This document shows positions 1-9,387 of a stretch of 48,028 nucleotides of DNA, one piece after another. Source of the stretch: Klebsiella phage vB_KpnS_Chambers_MM6; sequence record PP747161.1; one strand, written 5' to 3'. Under the pieces are notes generated by a model. That model was not told where the DNA came from and did no database searches. It saw nothing but the letters and a program-made list of their open reading frames with translations. Positions within the stretch are counted from its first letter, which is position 1. Each line of letters begins with the position of its first letter. The translations under genes were made by a program, and so were the position numbers.

Positions 1-105
1 ATGGGGGAAGAAAAAAGCGCTACGCAGTGGCTGCGCGTTTTTATTCTCCCCACCATGCCGTATAGGGGTAAACTGAGGCAGAGCCACTTGAAAGAGGAAA
101 CCAAC

Positions 106-603
106 ATGACTGATAAGGTGAAGGTAACGACACCCCGGAACCCAGTCGGCAGACCAACCAGCTACACCGAGGACATGCCGGAAAAACTCCTTGAATATTT
201 CCGTGTCGACGTTGATGACTATATCCAGCACTCACACACGACAGCCGGGAAAAGCAACATTCGCATTAACCCGAAGCACATGCCGTCTATTCTCAACTTC
301 TGCGAAAGCATCGGCATCACGACGACGACTTTTCACGACTGGCGTTCGAAGCATAAGGAATTTTCTGTCGCTTACACGCAGGCGCGCGAGCTTTACGAGC
401 AGATGATTCTGAATATTGGCTTCGCCACGAACAGCACTTTCGCGACCTTCATGCTGAAAGCGAACTTCGGCTATCGCGACAACACTGAGATCGTCGTGAC
501 CGGTGACGCCAACAAGCCGGTGCGGTTGAAGATCGTCAGCGAGCGGCCGAAAGATGAGAAGCCGCGCGAGGAGTCCGAAGCCGTCGACTGGGGTGACGAC
601 TAA
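106..603 (+). CDS. terS: terminase small subunit (DNA-recognition packaging protein)
   Basis: ORF 1..603. N-terminal PRNPVGRPTSYTED region resembles the GRP-type HTH common in phage TerS. RBS AAAGAGGAAA lies 5 nt upstream of ATG 106. Sits at the head of the packaging/head module. The alternative ATG at 1 (200 aa) has no SD. Confidence 0.7.
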   Translation: MTDKVKVTTPRNPVGRPTSYTEDMPEKLLEYFRVDVDDYIQHSHTTAGKSNIRINPKHMPSILNFCESIGITTTTFHDWRSKHKEFSVAYTQARELYEQMILNIGFATNSTFATFMLKANFGYRDNTEIVVTGDANKPVRLKIVSERPKDEKPREESEAVDWGDD

Positions 604-610
604 ATACTGC

Positions 611-639
611 TTGACATATCTATGACTGCGCAGGAATAT
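611..639 (+). promoter_or_regulatory. candidate sigma70 promoter (TTGACA-17-GAATAT) for the terS-terL insert cassette
   Basis: -35 TTGACA at 611-616. 17-nt spacer. -10 GAATAT at 634-639, one mismatch to the TAATAT seen in this phage's other promoters. Confidence 0.35.
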
Positions 640-680
640 GGGGGCCGGGCAATCCTGCCCTCACTGCACAGGACATCAAA

Positions 681-2279
681 ATGACTGAATCACTGAAATT
701 CACCTCCCCGGCACCGGCACCAGTTAGCGGCGTTCTCGCTTGCGCTTCCAGCGAGGCAGGCGCAGAAAACAATCTCAAGCTGGCGCGCGCCATCGTAGTC
801 GAGGTCGCAGACCGTGGCGCTGAGCAGCACGTGAAAATCAAAGTCGGCACCCTGCTTGCCCTGGCGCTGGGCCTTGAGGGCGTCATGAAGGTTATGGCAT
901 CGCTTGAGGCTGATCGCGACAGCAAGATCAAGGCGCTCAGCGAGTGGGAGGTGTTCGGCGTCGAAATGCTTGAGCAGAAGTTCAAGTGCCTGCCGGTGGT
1001 CAACATGAAGCCGGAAGAGAAGCGTAAGCGCATTGCCGCTGGTATCGACACGCTAACGCAGCGACTCGACGAGCGCAGCGAAGACCTGGCTTTAGTAGAT
1101 GGACAGCTGAATGAATGGCGCACGCACACCCGGCACATCCTGGATACCTACTTCGCCACCTACCCCACCAGCAACTCCAACGACCGGAATCTTCGCCTAA
1201 TCATGAAGGCGGCGATCGAAAGCGCGCACAACAAAAACAAGCAGCTGAACAATGACTATAACGCCATGCACAACAGAGCCTACGAATCAGACCAGCTGCG
1301 GAAGGCAGCAGAGCGGGAGCGGGACGACGTGATCAACCTCAACCGCAACGCAGCGGAAGAGATCACCCACTTGCAAGAACGCGCCAAACACCTCGATCAA
1401 ACCATCGTCGACCTGGTGCGCCAGCGCGACAAGAACGGCCAGCAGACTAACCAGCTGGCTAACGAACTGGTCGAGAAACGCAAGGAGATCAGCAGGCTGT
1501 TAGAAATCATTGACCGCCTGCACGCAGAGATCGCAGAGAAGCGCGACATCATCGGCGCAGCAACGCTGCGCTGCACTGCGCTCACCAATGACGCGAAGGC
1601 GATGAGCAAGCAGAACAGCGACCTCGCAGCACGCCTGGCTAACGCTGGTCTGGAGATCGGCAGCTATAAGCAGCTCGTGGAAGACCTGAAAGCAGGCACC
1701 GCCTTTGACCGTGGCACCGTGAAGCGCCAGGCGGACACCATTGATCGCCTGTATGGTCAGCTCAATGAGTGGCACGACTGGGCTACAGACGTCATTTGTA
1801 GCCCGTCATCACTGGGCGGTGAGGCGCAGCGTACAGCCATCACCGCAGCGATGCGCAAGCGCAAGGAGCGCATTGAGTCACTGGAGCAGATCGTGAAGGA
1901 TGTCGTTGCACAGCGTGACGCGTGGGTTATTTGGGCGCGCGGGTACACCAACGCACCGACAGGCATGCACAGCACCGAACAACTTCTCTCGATGGTGAAG
2001 GCGAAAGTGAAGGCGATCACAGAGGGCGTCGACGGGCCAGCGGAGCACACCATGTGCGGCACGATGAAAGTCACCCAACTGAAAGGGGATGTCGTTGCCA
2101 GCAATGGAGGCTGGGCCATGCTCAAACACGGCAACGCGGTGATCGCCGGAAACATTCCCGCCAGCAAGCTGACCCTGGGCGAGGAGATGAAAGAGGCCAT
2201 TCGCGAAGTCGTCCGGGAGGAGATGAGCAGCGCGTTAAAGCAGGCCATCAAGAACGAACTTGATAAGCTGACCATGTAA
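681..2279 (+). CDS. hypothetical 532-aa coiled-coil protein (moron-like insert)
   Basis: Long ORF with heptad-rich, Lys/Glu/Arg/Leu-rich composition, predicted mostly alpha-helical coiled coil. C-terminal Gly-rich segment GDVVASNGGWAMLKHGNAVIAGNIPASKLTLG. AGGA 8 nt upstream of ATG. Unusual position between terS and terL. Confidence 0.6.
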   Translation: MTESLKFTSPAPAPVSGVLACASSEAGAENNLKLARAIVVEVADRGAEQHVKIKVGTLLALALGLEGVMKVMASLEADRDSKIKALSEWEVFGVEMLEQKFKCLPVVNMKPEEKRKRIAAGIDTLTQRLDERSEDLALVDGQLNEWRTHTRHILDTYFATYPTSNSNDRNLRLIMKAAIESAHNKNKQLNNDYNAMHNRAYESDQLRKAAERERDDVINLNRNAAEEITHLQERAKHLDQTIVDLVRQRDKNGQQTNQLANELVEKRKEISRLLEIIDRLHAEIAEKRDIIGAATLRCTALTNDAKAMSKQNSDLAARLANAGLEIGSYKQLVEDLKAGTAFDRGTVKRQADTIDRLYGQLNEWHDWATDVICSPSSLGGEAQRTAITAAMRKRKERIESLEQIVKDVVAQRDAWVIWARGYTNAPTGMHSTEQLLSMVKAKVKAITEGVDGPAEHTMCGTMKVTQLKGDVVASNGGWAMLKHGNAVIAGNIPASKLTLGEEMKEAIREVVREEMSSALKQAIKNELDKLTM

Positions 2280-2331
2280 CCCATCAAATCATTAACCAGC
2301 GGCCCACGACGGGCCGCAATGAGGTGAACCA

Positions 2332-2544
2332 ATGCAGACCTTCTACCCAGTCTTTAGCGCCATTCTGTGCATGTTTTGTTTTCTCTGCTGCAAAGGGTGG
2401 GCGACGGCCCTGGATATCGGAGCCGGGAAAGACAAGCGCATGATCAGGATGGCTCGCACCTTCGACATCGCTGGCGACGTGTTCCGCTGGGCGTGCTGGC
2501 TGTTCATCGTCGCGGGCTTCCTTCGCACCCTCGGATTGTTCTGA
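2332..2544 (+). CDS. small membrane protein (2 predicted TM helices)
   Basis: 70 aa. Hydrophobic stretches VFSAILCMFCFLCC and WACWLFIVAGFL. Strong RBS GAGGTGA 4 nt upstream of ATG 2332. Confidence 0.5.
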   Translation: MQTFYPVFSAILCMFCFLCCKGWATALDIGAGKDKRMIRMARTFDIAGDVFRWACWLFIVAGFLRTLGLF

Positions 2545-2628
2545 TTGCTTACACTTTGTACCATTTGCCCGGTTGATCACCGAAGTGACTGACTGATAGG
2601 CTTTAATGAGACTCGCAGCGAGGTGGAA

Positions 2629-2832
2629 ATGATGGGGATCGTAATGGGTGTGTGGTTGGCGCTGGTGACAGCTATCGCGATGATCGCAATTCACATGGCC
2701 GCAATTGACAGGGAGCTGCTCAAGGCCAACCCGGTCAGCCAGATCACCAAGCTGGTGCTCGCGGTCTTCCTCCTGGTCGGTGTAGCGCACATCGCCACCA
2801 GGTACACAGCTTTCCTCCGCGTGCTATCCTGA
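2629..2832 (+). CDS. small membrane protein (2 predicted TM helices)
   Basis: 67 aa from ATG 2629 (GAGG 5 nt upstream). Hydrophobic segments GIVMGVWLALVTAIAMIAI and LVLAVFLLVGVAHI. Followed by an intrinsic terminator. Confidence 0.5.
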   Translation: MMGIVMGVWLALVTAIAMIAIHMAAIDRELLKANPVSQITKLVLAVFLLVGVAHIATRYTAFLRVLS

Positions 2833-2851
2833 CCTGACAACTGCTATCATG

Positions 2852-2878
2852 GCCCCGTTAACAAAACGGGGCTTTTTT
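2852..2878 (+). terminator. intrinsic terminator
   Basis: Stem GCCCCGTT / AACGGGGC (2852-2859 / 2865-2872), loop AACAA, then TTTTTT. Confidence 0.7.
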
Positions 2879-4240
2879 ATGTCTATCCAATCTGACGCCA
2901 GTCAATTCATTGACCTGACACTCACACCACCGCAGAACGACTTTCTGCAACTGTCGTGCAAACACCCGGCCTTCGTGGCGGGCTTCGGTACAGGCAAGAG
3001 TCAGACCATGGCCGTGTCGTCCGTGCTTGACGCCTCAGAGGGTGGTGCAGATGCAACGATCGCCATCCTTGAGCCAACGTTCGACCTGTGCAAGCTGATC
3101 GCCGTGCCGCGTATCGAACAGATCCTCTCCGAGCTGGGCATTCGCTTTAAGACCGTCGGCAACAAGGAGATCTACACCTCCCACGGCGGGATCGGCGACT
3201 TCCTCTTTCGCTCCATGGACAACCCGGCTCGCCTGGTCGGCTGGGAGGCGTTCCGCATCCACTGCGATGAGATCGACACCCTCAAGAAAGAGGCCGCCAA
3301 AGGGGTATGGCGCGCAGCAATCGCCCGCTGCCGTCAGTCACCGAAGGAGTACGAGCCGTTCGACTTCCTTCCGTCAGACCGCCCGCTGAACAGGGTTAGC
3401 GCCTACTGCACGCCAGAGGGGTTCAACTTCCTGTATGGCCGCTGGGCGAAGGACAAGGAGCGCAGCCGAAAGGCCGGTTATCTCATGATCCAGGCCGCCA
3501 CCTCATCCAACCCATTCCTGCCTGCCGACTACCTGGACGCCCTGCGCGCCAGCTACGACCCGCAGCGCTTCGAGGCCTACGCGAAGGGGCAGTTCGTTAA
3601 CCTGAAATCGGGGACGGTCTATAAGAACTTTAAGCGCGAGCTGAATGACACCGACGTGGAGATCATACCGGGCGAGACGCTGATCGTCGGCCAGGATTTC
3701 AACGTTAACAAGATGGCGACAGTCGTCTACGTCGAGCGCTATGGCGAGGACGGGCTTGCCGAACTGCATGCAGTGGATGAGCGACACAACGGCATCGACA
3801 CACCGGACGTCATCCGCTGGCTGGTCGAGAAGTACCAGAACTCGGGAAATGGCTACATCCACCCGATCGAGGTCTACCCGGATGCGTCAGGCGGCAACAC
3901 CAGCAGCAAGAACGCCAGCATGTCAGACCTGTCGATGCTCATGAGCGCAGGGTTCGACGTCTACTGTGGGCAGGCCAACCCTGCCGTGAAGGACAGGGTG
4001 ATCAGCGCGAACACCCTGTTCTGCAACGCCAGCGGCCGCCGTCGGCTATTCGTGAGCAGCAAGCGCTGCCCGCAATTCGTCGAATGTCTGGAGCAGCAGA
4101 TCTACGATGACAAGGGCAAGCCTGACAAGGAGGCCGGGAAGGATCACATGAACGACGCAGGCACCTACCCGGTGGTCTATAAGTTCCCTGTCGTGCATAA
4201 TGGCACGATCTCAGCAAATAATATTGAATGGGTACGATGA
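2879..4240 (+). CDS. terL: terminase large subunit
   Basis: Walker A FVAGFGTGKSQ near the N-terminus. Size and position are typical of TerL ATPase/nuclease. The alternative in-frame ATG at 2849 would place the upstream terminator hairpin inside the coding region. Confidence 0.88.
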   Translation: MSIQSDASQFIDLTLTPPQNDFLQLSCKHPAFVAGFGTGKSQTMAVSSVLDASEGGADATIAILEPTFDLCKLIAVPRIEQILSELGIRFKTVGNKEIYTSHGGIGDFLFRSMDNPARLVGWEAFRIHCDEIDTLKKEAAKGVWRAAIARCRQSPKEYEPFDFLPSDRPLNRVSAYCTPEGFNFLYGRWAKDKERSRKAGYLMIQAATSSNPFLPADYLDALRASYDPQRFEAYAKGQFVNLKSGTVYKNFKRELNDTDVEIIPGETLIVGQDFNVNKMATVVYVERYGEDGLAELHAVDERHNGIDTPDVIRWLVEKYQNSGNGYIHPIEVYPDASGGNTSSKNASMSDLSMLMSAGFDVYCGQANPAVKDRVISANTLFCNASGRRRLFVSSKRCPQFVECLEQQIYDDKGKPDKEAGKDHMNDAGTYPVVYKFPVVHNGTISANNIEWVR

Positions 4241-4241
4241 T

Positions 4242-5828
4242 ATGACGATCACGACACTGCCGCAGGCGGGGACGGTATCCACCGAACACCCGCTTTACAA
4301 GCGGTTTAACCAGGAATACCGCACTATCGAGGACTGCGTTGCAGGACAGACGGTCATCAAGCGTGCCGGTGTTCTGTACCTGCCGAAGCCCGAAGCGTGG
4401 ACAATGAAGCGTTACAACGCGTACAAGCGCCGCGCCCACTTCCTCAACGCCACCTATCGCACGCAGATGGGTATGGTCGGCATCGCGTTCGCCAAACCGG
4501 CCACCTACACCTTGCCGACTGCCATCAGCTACCTGTCGACCGACATCGACGGAGAAGGGCTGGACATGGATCAGCTCGTTCGAATGTGCGTAGCGCAGAA
4601 CATCACCTTCGGGCGAGGTGGGCTGCTGGTTGATTATGACGCCCCGGAGGACGTCGGGCAGGTGACGACGCTGGTCAATAGTGGCCGCGCGACTATCCGC
4701 ATGTTCGACCACCGGCAGATCATCAACTGGCGCAAGAGCGGCGGCAAATATTCGCTCATCGTGCTGCGCTACATGGACGACGTCGACTACGACGGCTTTG
4801 AGCACTATCAGGTGGTTCGCTACCTTGAACTGCGGCTGGTGGATGGCAAGGCATATTCCCGCCTGTGGACGGACGAACTACAGGGTGCCGCCGGGCTGCC
4901 TTCCTCGGTCATTCAGCAGAACGGGAACATGAACCAGGAGCAGCCTGAACTGCGCCCGATCATGGCCCGCGGAAAGCAGCTCGACTATCTGCCTTTCTGC
5001 TGGTTCGGCAGCGAGAAGAACGACAGCGACATTGACCCGGCTCCGCTGTCCGACATCGCGAACACCAATATCGCCCACTACAACGCCGACGCCGACAACA
5101 CCGACAGCTCGTTTATCTGCGGCCAGCCGACCTTCGTGATCGCCGGTGTACCGCAGAACTTCCAGAAGGACAATCCGAGCATAAAGGTCGGCGGTGACGA
5201 AGCGATCATTCTGCAATCCATGGGCACCGGCACGCCTACCGCCAGTATGGTTGTTGCACCACCGAACACCCCGGCCGCCGCGCTGCTGGAGAAGCGTGAG
5301 AAGCAGCTTGCCATGCTGGGCGCGAAGCTGGTTGAGCGCAACGGGGCTACGAAGACCGCCACCCAGGCTGGCGCGGATGAGAAAACCGACAACTCGATCC
5401 TCTCCCAGTGCGTCGGCAACGTCGAGGCGGCGTTCAATCAGGCGATGGAGATGGTTAAAGACTTCACTGGCACCGAAGGCGCGAACGTCCACATCAACAA
5501 GCGATACGAAGATATCGTGCTGAACCCGACCGAACTGACAGCCTACATGGCGGCGGTGCAGTCAGGGATGATGCGTATGATCGACTTCCTCGCGTGGCAG
5601 CAGCGTATCGGCCTGATCCCGAACGACGCAGATCTGGAAGACGTTGAACAGGAGCTGAAAGACGGTGCCGAAGAAACGCAGCTGATCTTCAACGCGGCTG
5701 CTCGCCAGACCCAGCAGGGGCTGGACAACCCGCAGGAAGATAAAGACCCGGAGGAAGATAAAGACCCGGAGGAAGACAAGCCGATCTCCAAGAAGAAGGC
5801 CAGCGCGCCGAAGAAGGAGGCTAAATGA
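4242..5828 (+). CDS. portal protein
   Basis: ~530 aa ORF directly after terL. Acidic C-terminus with tandem EDKDPE repeats and a basic tail. Start ATG 4242 chosen to avoid a 41-nt overlap with terL; ATG 4200 is the alternative. Confidence 0.8.
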   Translation: MTITTLPQAGTVSTEHPLYKRFNQEYRTIEDCVAGQTVIKRAGVLYLPKPEAWTMKRYNAYKRRAHFLNATYRTQMGMVGIAFAKPATYTLPTAISYLSTDIDGEGLDMDQLVRMCVAQNITFGRGGLLVDYDAPEDVGQVTTLVNSGRATIRMFDHRQIINWRKSGGKYSLIVLRYMDDVDYDGFEHYQVVRYLELRLVDGKAYSRLWTDELQGAAGLPSSVIQQNGNMNQEQPELRPIMARGKQLDYLPFCWFGSEKNDSDIDPAPLSDIANTNIAHYNADADNTDSSFICGQPTFVIAGVPQNFQKDNPSIKVGGDEAIILQSMGTGTPTASMVVAPPNTPAAALLEKREKQLAMLGAKLVERNGATKTATQAGADEKTDNSILSQCVGNVEAAFNQAMEMVKDFTGTEGANVHINKRYEDIVLNPTELTAYMAAVQSGMMRMIDFLAWQQRIGLIPNDADLEDVEQELKDGAEETQLIFNAAARQTQQGLDNPQEDKDPEEDKDPEEDKPISKKKASAPKKEAK

Positions 5829-6943
5829 CATCCGTTAACTCGCGGATGGCGTCGGAGGCGGTAAGGCACCGCCTCTACCTCTACCGCTACAGCGAAGGCC
5901 AGGCGAAGAAGATGACCCAGCTACTGCGCCGAATGTCCGTGGACGTGGTCGGCCGCCTGCTGTACGCGCTGGACGACTCAAAGATCTCCGCCGACAACTA
6001 CACGGTGAAGCGTCTTGAGGCCATCAAAGCAGCCATTAACCCGACGATCAACCGCATCTACAAAACCACCTACGGACAGCTCAAAGCCGACCTTGAGGCG
6101 CTGAGTAACGGCGAGCTGGCGTACCAGTACCGCACGTGGCGAACGCTCATCCCTAACCCGGTGCTTGACTTCGTGGGCGGGCTGGTGGAGATCCCTGAGA
6201 CTCAGGTATGGGCAGCGGCGAACAGTCGCCCGTTCCAGGGCATGCTTCTTCGTGACATCCCGTCAGTGCTGGGCGATGCCATGACCGACTCGATCGGTCG
6301 GGCGGTGCAGCAGGGCATTCTACAGGGCGAGACGTATGACCAGATCATTCGCCGGGTCAAAGGCAGTGCGGCAGCGGCCTACAAAGACGGGGTGATCGGC
6401 ACCAACGAGCGCCACCTTGCCACCGTCACCCGCAGCGCAGTGTCGCACGTCGCAGCTGAGGCGCGGGACAAGATCGGCGAGGCGAACGCACCGCTCATCA
6501 AGTCAGAACAGTGGCTGTCTACGCTGGACAATAAGACGTCGAAGCTGTGCATCATCCGCGATCAGCTGCTGTACATGCGGGACAAGAAGCACACACCGAT
6601 CGGCCATAGCGTGCCCTACGGTGCTGGCCCTGGGCGGCTGCACATGAACTGCCGTAGTACGTCGACCTTCGTGTTCAAGAGCTGGGAGGAATTGGGCGTT
6701 CCGGGAGTCAAGATCAAGGGAGCGTCGCGCGCCAGCATGAACGGACAGGTGCCGATTTACATGGACTATTCGAGCTGGGTGGAGCGCCAGCCTATGAGCA
6801 CGTTAACGCAGGTGTTTGGCGTGGAGCGTGCGCAGCTCATCCGCGACGGCAAGATCTCACCGCCTGACCTGTTCAACGACAAGGGGGAGTATTTAACACT
6901 CTCCCAGCTTCGCGACCTTGACCACATCCCGGCAGAAGACTAA
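5825..6943 (+). CDS. head morphogenesis protein (Mu F / SPP1 gp7-like minor head protein)
   Basis: ATGA overlap with the portal stop. Strong RBS AAGGAGG. C-terminal GRLHMNCRSTS resembles the PPLHPNCRC motif of the Phage_Mu_F domain. Position immediately after the portal. Confidence 0.75.
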   Translation: MTSVNSRMASEAVRHRLYLYRYSEGQAKKMTQLLRRMSVDVVGRLLYALDDSKISADNYTVKRLEAIKAAINPTINRIYKTTYGQLKADLEALSNGELAYQYRTWRTLIPNPVLDFVGGLVEIPETQVWAAANSRPFQGMLLRDIPSVLGDAMTDSIGRAVQQGILQGETYDQIIRRVKGSAAAAYKDGVIGTNERHLATVTRSAVSHVAAEARDKIGEANAPLIKSEQWLSTLDNKTSKLCIIRDQLLYMRDKKHTPIGHSVPYGAGPGRLHMNCRSTSTFVFKSWEELGVPGVKIKGASRASMNGQVPIYMDYSSWVERQPMSTLTQVFGVERAQLIRDGKISPPDLFNDKGEYLTLSQLRDLDHIPAED

Positions 6944-6975
6944 CATCGTGCCGTTGACAACACAGGAGCTATCAC

Positions 6976-7677
6976 ATGTGGAAATATCTGATTAACAAAG
7001 AAGCGTTTGACGCCCTCTCCCCTGAGCAGCAGGCCGCATACAAGGCAGTCGGTGATTCTGGCAACTATGTGATGAACATCGAAGGCATGCCTGACGTGCA
7101 GGCCATGCAGCAGCAGATGGCCGATCTTCAAACCCGCCTGGGCACCATCGACGCAGAGAAGGCCGCCGAAGCAGAGAAGGCCCGACAGGCAGCGCTTGAC
7201 CTGGCGAAGAAGAACGGCGACTTTAAGACCATCGAAGAGGACTATAAGCGCCAGATCGCCGACCTGAACGGCAAGATCGAGGGCTTCGGCAAGCAGCGCC
7301 GCGAAGACTTCCTGAACGCGCAGATCGATAAGCTGGCCGCAGAGCTGGGTGGCAAGGAGTATGCCGCGCTGTTCAAACCGGCGTTGCAGCAGCGCCTGTC
7401 TGTCGAGGGTGGTGAAGATGGCTCCGACTTCATCCCTCGCGTGCTGAAAGACGGCAAGCCGTCGGCGATGTCACTGAACGACCTGATCGGCGAGTTCCGG
7501 GCAGACCCGACTTACAAGCCGGTGTGCGTAGCGCCTGCATCCTCTGGCACTGGCCGCCATCAGGCACCTACCCCGACGCCTTCTGCTTCCGACAAGCTCC
7601 CGAGCATTGACGACGTGCGCGGTAAGCAGCTGAGCCGCGCAGAACAGATCGCGGCAAGTATCAGCGACGCAGAGTAA
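6976..7677 (+). CDS. scaffolding protein
   Basis: 233 aa, highly charged, Ala/Gln/Lys/Glu-rich helical protein between the head morphogenesis and capsid genes. RBS AGGAG. Followed by a terminator. Confidence 0.65.
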   Translation: MWKYLINKEAFDALSPEQQAAYKAVGDSGNYVMNIEGMPDVQAMQQQMADLQTRLGTIDAEKAAEAEKARQAALDLAKKNGDFKTIEEDYKRQIADLNGKIEGFGKQRREDFLNAQIDKLAAELGGKEYAALFKPALQQRLSVEGGEDGSDFIPRVLKDGKPSAMSLNDLIGEFRADPTYKPVCVAPASSGTGRHQAPTPTPSASDKLPSIDDVRGKQLSRAEQIAASISDAE

Positions 7678-7686
7678 GTAAGTACA

Positions 7687-7709
7687 GGCCCGGCATTGCC
7701 GGGCTTTTT
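7687..7709 (+). terminator. intrinsic terminator after scaffold gene
   Basis: GGCCCGGC-att-GCCGGGC followed by TTTTT. Confidence 0.7.
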
Positions 7710-7772
7710 CTTGCTTGTCCAGTAGTTGCCGGTTATCATCCAGACGTTTAATCACTCAAAGGACATCGCGCG

Positions 7773-8879
7773 ATGAGCTTTACTATCTTCCAACGAAAAC
7801 TGATCGGTACGACCGTTCAGCTTCTGACTGAAAACCTGAACGTGTTCAACGAGGCTTCCGGTGGCACCATGCTTATCGGCAGCGGCGAGGTTATCAAGGA
7901 AACCATGGAGAAAATGACCATTGGGATCATTGATGGTCTGGTTCAGGATCGCAACGAACACGCCCCCGTTAACACTGTGGTTCAGCCGAAGGTGCTTTCC
8001 CGCATCCTGGGCGGTTCCATCAACTCCGCTGGCCGCCTTGGGCCGGTAGCCATCACCTCCGGCCAGCTGCGACTGATCGAGACTGACGTGAACCGCGCGG
8101 CAGCCGAGATCGCAACCCTCGCGTCGGAAGCCATGCTGAAACGCTACGTGACAGTGGCAATGGGTGCTGGCGTGGCTGCGATCGAAGCGTTCGGTCAGGG
8201 TATCTATACCCAGGACGCTCACATGACCAGCAAGGCCGGTGAACTGTATCCGACCGTTGAAGACTTCCCGCTGGCGGCGTCCATCTTCGGCGACCAGGCC
8301 GACCTGATTCGCACCTGGTTCATGTCCGGCACCCAGTGGGCGAAGTTCTCCGCCCGTGAAGCGGTCAAGTCCGCCAAGCTGGTATTTGAGCTGGGCAACA
8401 TGAAGATCTTCACCGATGGCTTCGGTCGTTCGTTCGTGGTATCCGACGCGGCAAGCGCTGGCATCTCTGCGGCGACCTCCGGCGGCTCCGCGATCTACGC
8501 ACCTGATCATGCGATTGTTGGTCTGGCCGCCAACGCCATCCAGGTAACGACCACCGGCCTCAAAATGGCTGCTGACCCGGCCAAGCTGGGCGGCGAGAAC
8601 ATTGAAAGCTGGTGGCAAGGTGAGTTTAACTACAGCATTGCTCTCAAAGGCATGCGTCCTACCATGGCGTTCCGCACCGCCACCGAAGGCAAGAAGACTC
8701 CGACCATGGCCGACCTGGTCAAGAAAGAGAACTGGGAAGCCGAGAAGGGCGAAACCGACCGTAAGCCGGTTGGCAATGACGCCGATCCGGTGGTGCCGAC
8801 TCGCAACGTGCGCGAGACGCTGGGGATCATCATGAAGTTGACCCCAACTACCATCCCGGCAGACCACGCTGGTGTGTAA
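7773..8879 (+). CDS. major capsid protein
   Basis: 368 aa ORF after the scaffold. RBS AAGGA. Strong terminator downstream. Composition and position typical of an HK97-fold MCP. Confidence 0.8.
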   Translation: MSFTIFQRKLIGTTVQLLTENLNVFNEASGGTMLIGSGEVIKETMEKMTIGIIDGLVQDRNEHAPVNTVVQPKVLSRILGGSINSAGRLGPVAITSGQLRLIETDVNRAAAEIATLASEAMLKRYVTVAMGAGVAAIEAFGQGIYTQDAHMTSKAGELYPTVEDFPLAASIFGDQADLIRTWFMSGTQWAKFSAREAVKSAKLVFELGNMKIFTDGFGRSFVVSDAASAGISAATSGGSAIYAPDHAIVGLAANAIQVTTTGLKMAADPAKLGGENIESWWQGEFNYSIALKGMRPTMAFRTATEGKKTPTMADLVKKENWEAEKGETDRKPVGNDADPVVPTRNVRETLGIIMKLTPTTIPADHAGV

Positions 8880-8898
8880 GCGAAGAAGTGAATAATAT

Positions 8899-8921
8899 GG
8901 GGGCCGATTGGCCCCCTTTTC
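8899..8921 (+). terminator. intrinsic terminator after major capsid gene
   Basis: GGGGGCC-gatt-GGCCCCC followed by TTTT. Confidence 0.75.
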
Positions 8922-8934
8922 ATTGGAGCAAAAT

Positions 8935-9387
8935 ATGATCGGCAATCTGGACGACCTGAAAGCATTCGCTGCGGCCAACGGCTATACGGGCATGACCGAC
9001 GAGGAGCTGAGCACCGCGCTCCGCCAGGCTAACCTATGGCTGTGGTCACTGTCATGGAATGGCGAGCAGGCTGAACCCGGCCAGGCGGACATTTGGCCGC
9101 GCACTATCTGCGACGACTACAACTGTCTCGACTACGACACCCCGCCGGAAGTCCTCCGCTTTACTTACACCATCGTGTGCGACGCCGTCGACTCTGGAAC
9201 GGAGTTCAACACCGCATCGGCTGGCGCGTATAAGAAACGCACCCGGATCGAGGGCGCTATAGATGTCGAGTACAGCGAGCAGAGCCTATACAGCGCAGGC
9301 TTCGAGGCACCCTACATGATGGGCATGATCGGGCACTGGCTGGAAGGCAACGGGCGCGGCTGTAACGTCAAGATGGAGCGCGGATAA
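8935..9387 (+). CDS. head-tail connector / adaptor protein (putative)
   Basis: 150 aa from ATG 8935 with GGAG 6 nt upstream. The ORF-track start at 8908 is a TTG inside the terminator stem. First gene after the capsid terminator. Confidence 0.45.
   Translation: MIGNLDDLKAFAAANGYTGMTDEELSTALRQANLWLWSLSWNGEQAEPGQADIWPRTICDDYNCLDYDTPPEVLRFTYTIVCDAVDSGTEFNTASAGAYKKRTRIEGAIDVEYSEQSLYSAGFEAPYMMGMIGHWLEGNGRGCNVKMERG

Noticed and set aside
4002-4805. 267-aa minus-strand ORF spanning the terL-portal junction
   Set aside because: Antisense to two well-supported genes. Arg/Cys-rich shadow composition.
8908-8934. TTG start for the adaptor ORF
   Set aside because: It would begin inside the capsid terminator stem. 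ATG 8935 has a properly spaced GGAG.
7752-8978. 408-aa ORF on the minus strand
   Set aside because: Lies entirely antisense to the major capsid gene, which has an RBS, a terminator and syntenic context. Its composition is Arg/Gly-rich, typical of a GC-rich shadow ORF.
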